Shown one piece after another: positions 1 through 13,358 of a DNA stretch of 59,597 nucleotides. A program made the position numbers and the translations under genes. Source of the DNA: Octopus bimaculoides (taxonomy: Eukaryota); contig NC_068999.1 in NCBI RefSeq assembly GCF_001194135.2, positions 11,030,705 to 11,090,301 of the forward strand, given 5' to 3'. A model generated the notes under the pieces. It was not told where the DNA came from, searched no databases, and was given only the letters and a program-made list of their open reading frames with translations. The number at the start of each line of letters is the position of its first letter. Position 1 is the first letter of the stretch.

Positions 1-52
<52 letters not shown>

Positions 53-242
53 AACTCAATGACCGCTTGTTAGTGTTTTATGTCCCTGTAAGTAAACGGT
101 TCGGAAAGAGAAGTGGATAGAATACATATCAGTGTTTACAAAATGTCCAGAGGTAGATTCTTTCGATTAAAAAAAATCATTCAAGGCAGTATCCCATTGT
201 GGCTGTAGAATAATGACCGAAACAAGTAAAAGATGAAAGATA
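1..242 (+). mobile_element. SINE family A, 3' half, preceded by its internal (TG)n tract
   Basis: (TG)n at 1-48, then a diverged match to the 3' half of the copies at 31.6-31.9 kb and 37.5-37.7 kb (cggttcgg...gatagaata...gaaacaagtaaaaga). Confidence 0.75.
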
Positions 243-1855
243 GTAACACATACCTCTTAAAATATCATTTACTCATTAGATACGTGCTTTCAGAAGAATT
301 TTAAATAGAAATGAAGCCAAAATTAAACTGTATTATATAGGTAAGTTTACCAGAGAAACAGCACGCATCATGTGTAAAACATATTAATATTCCAATGTAC
401 GCATTGCTCTCTGAGGTTTGCACTGAATAAAAAATTTGTACCGGAGTAACAGCACGCCTAACGAATAAAAGCTATTAAAATTCCTGTACATAAAATGCTT
501 TTTGGTATGAAAGTGTCAGGATTTTATTTCGTCCCTGAAATAATTCATGGACACCAAATTATTTTCAAAGAATATTTATAGCTGTTCGTTCAATTTCATA
601 TGATTATATCCTGCTAATTAAAAATATATTAGATAATATATTCTTCAGATATCAAAAACTTAATGCAAAACCAATCAATAGATATATGATTCTCGAAATC
701 TAACAAAGCTGGTGACTACAGAACTGTTAGAAATCTGTCACAAGCTAAAAGTGTAGATAAACGATGATTATAATTAGTTCTTCGTTTGGAAATGGTATAC
801 TTTGATTGATAAAGACTTCATCTTGAACACCTACTGAGTGATGTTATCAACTTGTCGTGAGTGGTTGGATCATATCTACTTCCTTTTTTCCTATCTGTCT
901 TGAAGGTTCTATAAAATTTGTTGATGTCCATGTTTAGTCTAAATGAACATGGACATTACTTCACTTCTGGCAACAAGATTAATAAATGCCGTAATATACA
1001 CAAATTTTCAACTCGGCCACTCCATCTTCATAGATATAGTCTAAGGAGGAATATATTAAACAACGCGTATTTACGTATGTTACCAAGTGAGGTGCAAAAT
1101 GGAGGACATCAAGATGCTGTTTGTAGCTAATTCAGCTATTTCTTAAAGTCTCGCTCATGGGTTCGAGGGATAGAGTTAAACACTTAACCCATTTTACCAT
1201 CCGTATGATTTCTATTCCAAGTGATGCTGTGCTTGTTCTTTAATTATTATTTGACCCAAAAATCAAAATACCAGGCACGAGACACTTTACGAAAGCTCTT
1301 CCAACCGTGAACATCCAAACATATATCAATTTGTAGTTTATTTAAAACCACATTATCTAATGTCGCCTACATTTTAAGGAACATCCTAGAATGTAATTTG
1401 GTAGAAATTATGCTGCGCTTTTAGCTGGTGGTCGTGTAGCGGCACATCAACATGTCATCGATTACGTATAACTCTTTATTTGTCTTTAGTTAGGGGTTGT
1501 GAAAAGCAGGAAGGCAAATATTACATTTTTTTTTTTCGCCTGAAGTTTGTTTTCATGTCTATGTAAGATACAAATATTATTTATATATTCTGCTTTCAAC
1601 CTGCAGGACAAATACCCCGTGTATTTCCGTTGATGTCTTAAATCTGATACTATTTCTATATTTATGACTTGCATTTCTATATTTTCTACTTATTTAGTTT
1701 TAATTTTATATTTATGAATAATACTTTTTTCATAAGTCAAATTCTGCTTTTGAATACTGCATTTCACACCAACGTTTTCAATCTCTACCAGATGTTAAAT
1801 GTATGAACTATCTCTAGATAAAGATACAATATATATGTATATATGTGTGTGTGTC

Positions 1856-1911
<56 letters not shown>

Positions 1912-3305
1912 NNNNNNNNNNNNNNNNNNNNNNNNNNNNNNNNNNNNNNNNNNNNNNNNNNNNNNNNNNNNNNNNNNNNNNNNNNNNNNNNNNNNNNNNN
2001 NNNNNNNNNNNNNNNNNNNNNNNNNNNNNNNNNNNNNNNNNNNNNNNNNNNNNNNNNNNNNNNNNNNNNNNNNNNNNNNNNNNNNNNNNNNNNNNNNNNN
2101 NNNNNNNNNNNNNNNNNNNNNNNNNNNNNNNNNNNNNNNNNNNNNNNNNNNNNNNNNNNNNNNNNNNNNNNNNNNNNNNNNNNNNNNNNNNNNNNNNNNN
2201 NNNNNNNNNNTATATATATATATATCAGAAAAAAAGAAATAATAATAATTTTTGAAACAAAATGAAATTAAGCTCGAGGCTACCTGGAGTGCACAGACAA
2301 AATGGCCGCCTGTGTCTTCAAATTGATTAGCGCATCATTGGCTTCAGGTCGAATCCGCTGCAGGCGTTTGTTTCCACCTTTAGGCAACATATCCTGCCTG
2401 ATGCTTCTTTCTTTTTATTTTTGCCTGCATATACCGTTTGCCCGAATAATTTGTTACTGTTGAATAGGTACATCACCTGGAAAAAAATTATCTGCTGTTT
2501 TTGATTACGACATATTTTGGAGTTAGATAATTAAATGTCAATATAATCTATTTATCGATCGGTAAGATAATTTAGAACATTAACTTACAATCTTTCACCT
2601 TGCCTGCAAGTATCTTCTTTCGTGTTTTACTTTTATTTATATCGTCCGTACATTATGATAACTAATCAATACATTATGATAATTAATCAATAATTTAATC
2701 ATTGAGGATTATATGATATTGGTAAAGTGCAATAATTTCTGGAGTTTAGACACTGCAAAGGTATTACTGAGCCCTCAAAAATGAAATCGTGCCCTGCTGA
2801 AAGTTTAGGCGGGACTCAGGGACAACATTAAATATTTTAAACGTTCGATTCTGTTTTTTAATCTCAAGGGTGAGTAACCAAAAGGATCTACGGACGATAG
2901 AATTGGAGCCGATATCATACAACATTTTTCTCTTGTAATTTCATTTATATCCATATATCATTTATATCCATATATGATATTATATGTTATCACAGTTTTA
3001 CCCTTAAAAGATGTTTCATCAAAAGCATTTCAGGCAATAGTACCTTTCTTTTAAGGCGTATGTATGAATATATATCATGCACTCGAGAAGAATTTCGATA
3101 TACAACAGTTATTGTAGGACGTGGTAGATGGAGATTAGGTGGCAATTGCTCTACCACTGTTATATAATTAGTGATGTTGTTTATACCGGCAAAGCTCCCT
3201 TCAAGAAAATCTGATTAAATACATGCCCGTTTCTACACTTCATGGCGATTAAACATAGACACACATAAATATCTGTATTTAGATACCCCATATACATAGA
3301 CTATA

Positions 3306-3346
<41 letters not shown>

Positions 3347-3843
3347 NNNNNNNNNNNNNNNNNNNNNNNNNNNNNNNNNNNNNNNNNNNNNNNNNNNNNN
3401 NNNNNNNNNNNNNNNNNNNNNNNNNNNNNNNNNNNNNNNNNNNNNNNNNNNNNNNNNNNNNNNNNNNNNNNNNNNNNNNNNNNNNNNNNNNNNNNNNNNN
3501 NNNNNNNNNNNNNNNNNNNNNNNNNNNNNNNNNNNNNNNNNNNNNNNNNNNNNNNNNNNNNNNNNNNNNNNNNNNNNNNNNNNNNNNNNNNNNNNNNNNN
3601 NNNNNNNNNNNNNNNNNNNNNNNNNNNNNNNNNNNNNNNNNNNNNNNNNNNNNNNNNNNNNNNNNNNNNNNNNNNNNNNNNNNNNNNNNNNNNNNNNNNN
3701 NNNNNNNNNNNNNNNNNNNNNNNNNNNNNNNNNNNNNNNNNNNNNNNNNNNNNNNNNNNNNNNNNNNNNNNNNNNNNNNNNNNNNNNNNNNNNNNNNNNN
3801 NNNNNNNNNNNNNNNNNNNNNNNNNNNNNNNNNNNNNNNNNNN

Positions 3844-3933
3844 GTAGTATTTGAACTCCGAACTTGGCGGCCTACGAAAAAATAATGTTAAGCATTTCGC
3901 TCGGCGTGGTAACAATTCTGCCCGCTCGCCGTC
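3844..3933 (-). mobile_element. SINE family B, head fragment (rest lost in gap)
   Basis: tttgaactc...aagcatttcgctcggcgtggtaacaattctgcccgctcgccgtc matches the head of the copy at 36928-37167. Confidence 0.75.
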
Positions 3934-3951
3934 TTTCTGCCAGCGCACTGC

Positions 3952-4011
<60 letters not shown>

Positions 4012-4104
4012 GAAGAAGAAGAAGAAGAAGAAGAAGAAGAAGAAGAAGAAGAAGAAGAAGAAGAAGAAGAAGAAGAAGAAGAAGAAGAAGAAGAAGAAGA
4101 AGAA
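3952..4104. repeat. Compound trinucleotide microsatellite (AAT)n-(AGA)n
   Basis: Pure AAT run switching directly to a pure GAA run; source of the poly-N/R/L/F/Y ORFs. Confidence 0.97.
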
Positions 4105-4439
4105 AAGTTGGTAGAGGAGGAGTAAGAAAATCAAAAGGCATTAATAACCAAACGATGTGTCAATTGAAATTTGAAGAAACTTTGTTTCTAAACGTTTCGC
4201 ATAAAAGTTTTCGTAGAACTCCCGATTACAAATATCTTTAGGCAACTGATTTTAGAACTGTTTTGCTTTTTCCTCATCCTTAACACACACCGAAAAGCTG
4301 AGGGGCAGTACAAGTCTGTAGTTAGAAGCCATGTCGTAGATGCTGTAACTTCCTTTTAAATCTGTTCGAATTCATTACACAATTACTTTTTAGCAAACAA
4401 TGAAATATAGGCATGAAGATCATTGCGGATGAGGTGGAG

Positions 4440-4735
4440 CAGGAAGTGCGGCAGGCACAGAAATAGCAGAAAGCTGTTGGTTATGATGATAATGATGACG
4501 ATGATGATGGTGATGGTGGTGGTAGTGGTGCTGATTCTATCGCTCATGTTGATGATAGTTGCGGTTGTGATAGTGGTTGAGGTTCTTGCGGAGTTGGTGC
4601 TGGTATTAGTGTTTGTGAATATGAAATTTTGAGGTGGAAATGCTGTCGCTGGTGTTGACGGTGATGATGATGGTCATGGTTGTGCTTGTGGTGGTTGTAG
4701 TGGTGGCTCTGGTAGTGGTACTAGTGGTGGTGACT
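4440..4735. repeat. Cryptically simple GNT-type trinucleotide tract
   Basis: Mixed gat/ggt/gtt/gct triplets. Confidence 0.8.
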
Positions 4736-4823
4736 ATAAAGATTTGAAATATATCAAGTCATTCATCGGCTTCCTCCATTACCCATGTAAAAACTTTAGC
4801 ATTTATTTTAGGTTAGTAGTCAT

Positions 4824-4986
4824 AGGCGCAGGAATGGCTGTGCGGTAAGTAGCTTGATTACCAGCCACATGATTCTGGGTTCAGTGCCACTGCTGGGCAC
4901 TTTGGTCAAGTGTCTTCTACTATAGCCTCCGGCCGACCAAAGCCTTGTGAGTAGATTTGGTAGACGGAAACTGAAAAAAGCCCGTC

Positions 4987-4987
<1 letters not shown>
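4824..4987 (+). mobile_element. SINE family A, 5' half (tRNA-like head), ending in (TA)n and a gap
   Basis: ggcgcaggaatggctgtgcggtaagtagcttg...gggttcagtgccactg...ctactatagcctccggccgaccaaagccttgtgag...gcccgtcg; the same block recurs at 13.0, 13.2, 20.1, 27.2, 31.4 and 37.3 kb. Confidence 0.9.
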
Positions 4988-5026
<39 letters not shown>

Positions 5027-6651
5027 NNNNNNNNNNNNNNNNNNNNNNNNNNNNNNNNNNNNNNNNNNNNNNNNNNNNNNNNNNNNNNNNNNNNNNNNNN
5101 NNNNNNNNNNNNNNNNNNNNNNNNNNNNNGTCTTCATGGACGTTTGATAACCATCAACCTGATCGAAGAGATACATTCTCAGATGCATTCGAGATATAGC
5201 CAACTCCTCATTTTCGAATATATTTAGAACTCAGTTCCAATATCCAAGGTATAGTTTTCTCAAGGAGTAAAGATGATTTGAGGGAAATGTAGCTGATTCT
5301 TGAAATCCCACGTGGATTTTCGCGGTGGTTTGTTATTAATTCTTGTCGACAGAGGTAAATATTTTGGAGAGGAGTATATTTGATTAATATTGATAGTTCA
5401 AGTCATGACCGATTTGTCCATCATTCATCTTGTCTAGAGAATATGAGTGGCAGAAAAATGTTATTAAAAGTTCTGTTCGTTGTGAGATTTGAACTCAGAA
5501 ACCAGCAATAAAAGACAAAATATTGCTTGCTAATAATTATATGTTCGGTTTCCTATCACTTCTGTAAACACACAATTATGTAGAGTCACTGCCTGAACAA
5601 CGAGAAGCACTACAAACCACCTTCCACCAGCTTAATAATCTCAGCTATAGAGATATTGATACCACACTACAAATTATGAAAGCGATGGCGAATAGAAACT
5701 ATTGGAGTGATCCAGCCGGAATAATCTAATTGCTAAGGAAGCCTATAATTTATCGCCATAAAGTGTACAAGTGAAAAGAGTAAAAGTATAAATAATAACA
5801 AAATCAACATTTCAGTATTATAAATTTTACGAATATAATAAAAGTGAATAATAATGAAAATATAAAGATAGAAATAAAAACAAAAAAAGGAAAATGGAAA
5901 AAAAAGGTAAAAAAAAAACAAAACACAGTAACGAAAAAAATTAAGGCAGAGAAACCAGGAACAGAAATGTGTTGGGTGGAAAATATATGTAAATATTAAC
6001 GAAGAAATTGTTTAGCTATAATATTCTCTTTTCGGTCGAATTTTCTCAATCCAAGCGTTTGTAAATATGAACGAACGCATTGCTTTCAGTTTCAATTGTA
6101 TACAAATACCCAACAACAGCAGCGAGTAAAAGAATCGGAAAAGAAAATAGCTTGAGGCGTTCTCTCTTCTCATGAGGCAGCATAATTTGGAAGAAAATAA
6201 CTGCGACACGGTTATCCCCAATTGAATGCTGATATCTGCAAATTGAAGGACCGAAGTGATAGCGAAAACTTTGCCTTCAGCAAGGTGACTCTGCATTGAG
6301 AGGCTGTCTGTAAGAGGGGAGAGAATATAAGTGTAATGTGTTTGTATGTGTGTATGAGAGAGTGAAAACAAGATAGTTACACAGAGGGTGTTTGTAAGGA
6401 ACGCAACGTTAGAAGGAGACCGAAGAAATGAGGCAATATTCATAACTATAATACTACTAATGCTATAAGAGAGGGAGCTAAGAATAAACAACGTGATGGT
6501 GGCTAATAAGACACTTGACCGGGAAATAAAGTGTTTATAATATTTCACTTGAAAAGTTAACGGTCACACTAATGTTAATATCTTCCACTCTGCTTATCCA
6601 TGTATCTACTGGAGGAGAAAAATATGTTACTCATAAATTTCGTTTGGTTCG

Positions 6652-6708
<57 letters not shown>

Positions 6709-7413
6709 GTATCCGTCTATGTATCTCTGTGAGTATATACATATGTGTATATATNNNNNNNNNNNNNNNNNNNNNNNNNNNNNNNNNNNNNNNNNNNNNN
6801 NNNNNNNNNNNNNNNNNNNNNNNNNNNNNNNNNNNNNNNNNNNNNNNNNNNNNNNNNNNNNNNNNNNNNNNNNNNNNNNNNNNNNNNNNNNNNNNNNNNN
6901 NNNNNNNNNNNNNNNNNNNNNNNNNNNNNNNNNNNNNNNNNNNNNNNNNNNNNNNNNNNNNNNNNNNNNNNNNNNNNNNNNNNNNNNNNNNNNNNNNNNN
7001 NNNNNNNNNNNNNNNNNNNNNNNNNNNNNNNNNNNNNNNNNNNNNNNNNNNNNNNNNNNNNNNNNNNNNNNNNNNNNNNNNNNNNNNNNNNNNNNNNNNN
7101 NNNNNNNNNNNNNNNNNNNNNNNNNNNNNNNNNNNNNNNNNNNNNNNNNNNNNNNNNNNNNNNNNNNNNNNNNNNNNNNNNNNNNNNNNNNNNNNNNNNN
7201 NNNNNNNNNNNNNNNNNNNNNNNNNNNNNNNNNNNNNNNNNNNNNNNNNNNNNNNNNNNNNNNNNNNNNNNNNNNNNNNNNNNNNNNNNNNNNNNNNNNN
7301 NNNNNNNNNNNNNNNNNNNNNNNNNNNNNNNNNNNNNNNNNNNNNNNNNNNNNNNNNNNNNNNNNNNNNNNNNNNNNNNNNNNNNNNNNNNNNNNNNNNN
7401 NNNNNNNNNNNNN

Positions 7414-7446
<33 letters not shown>

Positions 7447-7455
7447 GATAGATAA

Positions 7456-7506
<51 letters not shown>
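6652..7506. repeat. (TATC)n / (TA)n / gap / (GATA)n block
   Basis: Tetranucleotide repeats of opposite orientation flanking gap 6755-7413. Confidence 0.9.
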
Positions 7507-8558
7507 CATAGAGGAGGAGACGAATGGATACATAGAATTGTTTTCGTATAATGGTATCAAATGAAGTGTAATTGCAAAACTAATTGCGCATTCACTCTAT
7601 TCTAATTATCTATTCAGGCACAAAATATGTCCCTGAAGAAGAAACATCACAAATTACTAAACAAAAATAAATAGCAAATAAATATCAAATTATATTCCAA
7701 GTGATAGATAAAGTGAGAGCTCTTGTATTGGGCCAAGTCCGTGACACATTGTTGAAGCACTTACTTCAGTCAAGAGAAAATTTGTCCAACAAACTTTCGT
7801 GAAATGCCAAATGTAGCTTCCATCTAATTTGAACCTTCCTAAGTATTTTGGCAAATTATAGATTAAAAAAAAGTCATAGACTGGTTACACACACTTACAC
7901 ACACACACGCATGCACACATACACAAACACACATGAGTATAGACATACAGATATACACTCAGCCATACGCACACACGTGTTTATGTATTTCGATATATAT
8001 ATATATATACAAATACATGTATACACACACATGTGTTTGTGTGCGTATATACATGCATAGATATGTGTGTGTGTGTGCATGTGTGCGTGTGTGTCTGCGT
8101 GTGTGTGTGTATACTTATGTATGCATGTATGTATATAGATATATAGAGAGAGAGTGAGAGGGGGGATGGAGAGGGAAAGAGTGAGATACACATGATTATA
8201 GATACACCCATTTATATAGTTTAAAGATCCAATAGGTATAGCCAATAAAAAAAGTACACCATCTCGTGAGCGATAAATATGAATTTACGTATACACCCGA
8301 AAAACCTGCAAATAGTTTCATGCTCTTATGATACTTGAACGGGCTTATTTCGTTTCTCTTTTTTCTCGTTTGTCTTTTTTTTGCATCAACCTTCTTTTTT
8401 TTTTCTCATTCTTTTACTGCCCAACGCCCTTGCTTCTGAAATATATATTACGCCTCAACAGTTCCTAAACTTAACTTTAAGTCCTCTATATACAAGGATC
8501 TCTATGTATCGAAACATTTGTAGCGATTAAAAAGCTGCTTAACCATACTTACATCCAT

Positions 8559-8602
<44 letters not shown>

Positions 8603-8612
8603 NNNNNNNNNN

Positions 8613-8967
8613 CAATGGGACTGAACACGGAACCATGTGGTTGGAAAGCAAGCTTCTTATTTCTTTACTGTCCACAAGGGGCTGTACACAGAGGGGACAA
8701 ACAAGGATAGACAAACAGATTAAGCCGATTAGATCGACCCAGTGCGTAACTGGTACTTATTTAATCGACCCCGAAAGGATAAAAGGCAAAGTCGACCTCG
8801 GCGGAATTTGANNNNNNNNNNAAAGGCAAAGTCGACCTCGGCGGAATTTGAACTCAGAACGTAGCGGCAGACGAAATACCGCTATGCATTTCGCCCGGTG
8901 TGCTAACCACTCTGCCAGCTCACCCCCTTAATACCACTTTCTTACCAAGCTTCTTACCACACACCGA
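8613..8967 (-). mobile_element. SINE B (8654-8930) nested in a SINE A head fragment
   Basis: The A-head sequence (gggactgaacacggaaccatgtggttggaaagcaagcttctta) resumes as aagcttcttaccacac after the B copy; aagcttctta occurs at 8650-8659 and 8947-8956. Confidence 0.8.
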
Positions 8968-9854
8968 CCTAGCATCCGGTTTGTGTAATTTCATAGAGGA
9001 CTAATTAGTGTCGAGCTGATGAAACCGAAACCGAATTTCAGTCACCATTCCACATGATCTTATCCGCTTTGCTATAGAATATGTAGGAAAATAGTGATTT
9101 CGAAATTTTGCACGAATTTATATATATATATAGGTGATTGATAGCCCATAGGTACCTAGGAGATTTTGGTAACTCGATAAGGAGAACGAAAAAAAGAAAA
9201 GAAATATACATGATTTGCACAGAGTTAAAATGGAAATATAAAGATATGCAGCAATATATTTAGTCTAGCCATCTTGCGAATATGCTTCTACAGTATCCTT
9301 AGGAAATGAATGAATACAGAGCTACATACGTAAGTAAATGCTTTAACTCCAAGCTACATGTATAGAAGAGAATCATTTTGGAAAATTATAAACATCCACG
9401 TCGTAAAGGGAGGGAACTTCGGATGTAGTAACTCTTGATAAATTTTATTTGGATAAAATGAGATTCATGGCTGCAGTGCTTTTGATCATTGGTCACTTGA
9501 TAAGAACGAACATAGGATACATAAAGAAAGCTACCACCACCGCTTTAACTACTATTACTTCTACCACCACAACCAACACCACTACTACCACAACCAACAA
9601 CAACAACAACAGCAACACTACAGCTACTGCTACATCAAGGTAACTACTGAATATTTACGACGTCACTCATCACTATGACCGTAGGAGCCAACAAAGTTTA
9701 TACTGATTATAAAGGGAAGAGCTATAAGACAAAAGAATGATAGATGAATGCACAATCTAGAATCATGGTTTTCACAGTTTGACGGTATTTGATTAAGCGA
9801 CTTTCAGGCGACCACTGGAATTATTTGAAACAATAAATACTAAGATCGATGTAA

Positions 9855-10060
9855 CGTTGGTTTCAAAATTTGGCATAGTTTCGGATAGACTAAATGGATT
9901 ACAGCGACCTCGGTGATTAACTGCAAATTATTTCATCGACCTCTAACGAAGGAAAAGAAATGCCTTCGGCGGAATTTGAACTCGGAACGGAAAAGACTAG
10001 CGAAATGGGCTATTAAGCATTTTGACCGGCATGCTACCGATTCTGCCAGCTTATAGCCTT
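9855..10060 (-). mobile_element. SINE family B, diverged
   Basis: ttcggcggaatttgaactcggaacg...aagcattttgaccggcatgctaccgattctgccagct. Confidence 0.8.
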
Positions 10061-10720
10061 CGCTTTGATGTGATATTACCAAGTATAGTATCCNNNNNNN
10101 NNNNNNNNNNNNNNNNNNNNNNNNNNNNNNNNNNNNNNNNNNNNNNNNNNNNNNNNNNNNNNNNNNNNNNNNNNNNNNNNNNNNNNNNNNNNNNNNNNNN
10201 NNNNNNNNNNNNNNNNNNNNNNNNNNNNNNNNNNNNNNNNNNNNNNNNNNNNNNNNNNNNNNNNNNNNNNNNNNNNNNNNNNNNNNNNNNNNNNNNNNNN
10301 NNNNNNNNNNNNNNNNNNNNNNNNNNNNNNNNNNNNNNNNNNNNNNNNNNNNNNNNNNNNNNNNNNNNNNNNNNNNNNNNNNNNNNNNNNNNNNNNNNNN
10401 NNNNNNNNNNNNNNNNNNNNNNNNNNNNNNNNNNNNNNNNNNNNNNNNNNNNNNNNNNNNNNNNNNNNNNNNNNNNNNNNNNNNNNNNNNNNNNNNNNNN
10501 NNNNNNNNNNNNNNNNNNNNNNNNNNNNNNNNNNNNNNNNNNNNNNNNNNNNNNNNNNNNNNNNNNNNNNNNNNNNNNNNNNNNNNNNNNNNNNNNNNNN
10601 NNNNNNNNNNNNNNNNNNNNNNNNNNNNNNNNTATATATATATATATATGTAGGTACATATAAGAGACCGTAGATTGATAGATATAAGTAGGTATGTGTG
10701 TGTACGTGCGTGTGTTGTGA

Positions 10721-11053
10721 AAACGCGTGGCTCAGTGGTTAAAGTAATCGTCACATGTCACACAAGGACGTGACTTCGATTCCTGCCAGTGCATTGTGTC
10801 CTTGAGCAAGATATTGCATTCCACATTGCTTCAGTCCACTCAGTTGACAAAAGTGAGTTGTGCCTGTATTACAAAGTGGCCAGCCGTGGTACGTTTGGCG
10901 TCATGCTTAATCTCCATGAGAATTACACTAAGGTTACACGTGTATGTGTCTGTTGAATGCTCATACACTTGCCCGTTAATTTTAGAGTAGGCTGTTCCGT
11001 TGATCGGATCAACTGGAACCCTCGTCGTTGTCCTTGTAACCGACGAATTGCCG
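10721..11053 (+). mobile_element. tRNA-derived SINE family D, sharing its 3' half with family C (OR1/OR2-like)
   Basis: A box gtggctcagtgg, B-box-like gacttcgattcc, body cattgtgtccttgagcaag; tail ccgttgatcggatcaactggaaccctc identical to the 58.7 kb copy. Confidence 0.8.
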
Positions 11054-11057
11054 TATG

Positions 11058-11097
<40 letters not shown>

Positions 11098-12034
11098 ATG
11101 AGAAAATAGAGAGGTAATTAAAAATTTATTATTTATTCATTAAAAATTGACAAATATCCCTTACAGCTGTTCAATTCAGACCTTCAGAAAATTAACTAAT
11201 TTGATCTCACATCGTAATGAGCCAGTGCAAAAGCGGTTTAGTACTTTGTCTTCTGATGTGATAACTATTCTGGCATCTGGTCAACTCCATCAACACAAAT
11301 AGTAACACCAGTACCGACAAGGATCACTTTTGTTATGTAATTTTCATTTCAAATTTCTAGGAACCTCTCATCCTTCACTGATACCTTATGTTTCTTTATA
11401 GCAGAACTGACAGATTTTGTCAGTCATTATCCATTGGGGTTCTGTTTTTGAAATTATTATTTCTTTGTCTTACGTAGTACTCTAGTTATATATCAACAAA
11501 ATTATCATGAATATTGTCTTCGGAGTACAGAAAATGAGAGAGCTAAATGAAATAAAATCAGCTAAAAATTTGGAAAATTTTTATATGGTAGATGTCATGC
11601 AAAATTCAAGAACATTATCTCTTCTCTTCTCTATAACGATGATTTATTACGTATAGATAGGACAGAAATGTATAGAGTGTTGGATAGGCTAATTGTATCG
11701 TTCTGTAACATTTTATTTACACGTTATTTTTAGGAGCCCTCATGAACGAAAAACAGATTTTGATATTTGGAGTTAAAGAAACGTATAACTATACCTTCGA
11801 TAATGAAGAAAGTAATTGAGAAATTGTTAGATATAATATCAGGAAAACCATGTTGAAAAAGAATAAAATAATAAGCCTATTGGCACTCAGCATCTTCCGT
11901 AGGGCACAATCACCGTCAATAGTATGGAACTGTAAAACAATTTTATTGAGCACTCATGCACAAATATTATTATTTACTTTGTATGTTATTTTCGCTTTGA
12001 CTTTAGACTGAGATTCGAAGAGAGGAAATAAGTA

Positions 12035-12200
12035 AATAAATTTGGGGCTCTATAGTTGACTAAGGATCTCTTATTATTTCGACCCATAAATGATAAAAGG
12101 CTAAATTGAATCCGGAAAATGTTGAACTCAGAACGTTCACAGCAGCAACTGAAAATCGTGAAACCTTTCCATCGACACTCAGTCAATTCGGCAAGTCAGC
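12035..12200 (-). mobile_element. SINE family B, old copy
   Basis: tttcgacccataaatgataaaaggc...ttgaactcagaacgt. Confidence 0.6.
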
Positions 12201-12990
12201 AAAATATGAAAATATTTAACCACATTCTAGAAAATAGCAATACAAGTTTCTGAAATTTCACACAGACTATAACTTGAGCTTTTTACGTAATATATACTCT
12301 TTGAATGAAAGGAAAATCTTCAGATATATTTCTCAAGCTTCAAGTAATAAAGGTATATTAATAATATTTATTTCATTCTTTGATGTGAATATCTAAGGTA
12401 ATGGAAAACATACGAGAAAGAAATACAAATTGTAAAGCAATAAGAAAACAAGAAAAAGTAGTCTAATTTCAATATGGAAACGACAAAATAAGCAGCTACC
12501 GTAAACAACAGTTATGATAACTACATGGTATTATATAAGAACAACAACAACAACGCCAACAGTGAAAATCAAATTGTCAATGGTTTCCACAAAATTAAGG
12601 AGAAATCACGTTGCGATTTATTTCATCCGAATCCCGAAAAGTGTCGGATAATGTATACACTTCGAAGTAGGTAGCTTCTCGTTGGTTTTGTTGTTGACTT
12701 ACATGTGCATATTAGAGGTTATTACGTTAAATTCAACCAACCAAATCGTTCTTCCTTTCGATCTCTCGTGAAATTTATTGTAGGATACCACAATATTCTT
12801 TACATTGCTAGAAAAATTTAATGAGAGCTATTTTGTCGAACAAAAGAATTCAAAAGCAAATCACTGACTCGAAAATTTTCATCCCCGTCCGCCAAAGACC
12901 AATCATTGAAATAACCTCTAAAGTGGAAAGGAAATATATTAACCCGCTAATCGGTACGGAATTTTTTTTCACTTCCAAGCGTGGCTATAT

Positions 12991-13309
12991 AAGCGCAAGT
13001 GTAGCTATTTAGTAAGAAGTTTGCTTCCTATCTAGGTGGACTCATGTTGAGTGCCACTGTGTGGCAACTTTAGCAAGTGTCTTCTACTATAGCCTTGAGT
13101 CAACCAAAGTTTTCTGAGTGGAAATGGGAGACGGAAACTGAAAGAAGCATGTCGTATATAAGGCCCAGGAGTGGCTGTGTAGTAAGTAGCTTGGTTCCGG
13201 GTTCAGTCCCACTATATGGCACCTAAGGCAAGTGCCTTCTACTATAGCCTCGGGCCGACCAGAGCCTTATGATTTGATTTGGTAGACACAAACTGAATGA
13301 AGCCTGTCG
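12991..13309 (+). mobile_element. Two SINE A 5' halves in tandem (12991-13154 old; 13161-13309 younger)
   Basis: Both contain caagtg(t/c)cttctactatagcct...aaactgaa.gaagc.tgtcg followed by TA. Confidence 0.85.

Positions 13310-13358
<49 letters not shown>

Noticed and set aside
2649-2974. Short tandem duplications (21 bp at 2649-2690; 17 bp at 2941-2974)
   Set aside because: Ordinary slippage duplications in AT-rich DNA.
6012-6548. 178-aa minus-strand hydrophobic ORF
   Set aside because: Hydrophobicity reflects purine-rich low complexity on plus; no family motif.
8782-8851. Direct duplication of aaaggcaaagtcgacctcggcggaatttga around a 10-N gap
   Set aside because: Almost certainly an unmerged contig overlap, not a biological tandem repeat.
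9010-9040. ctgatgaaaccgaaacc, resembling a hammerhead core
   Set aside because: No stem II and no matching stem I strands.
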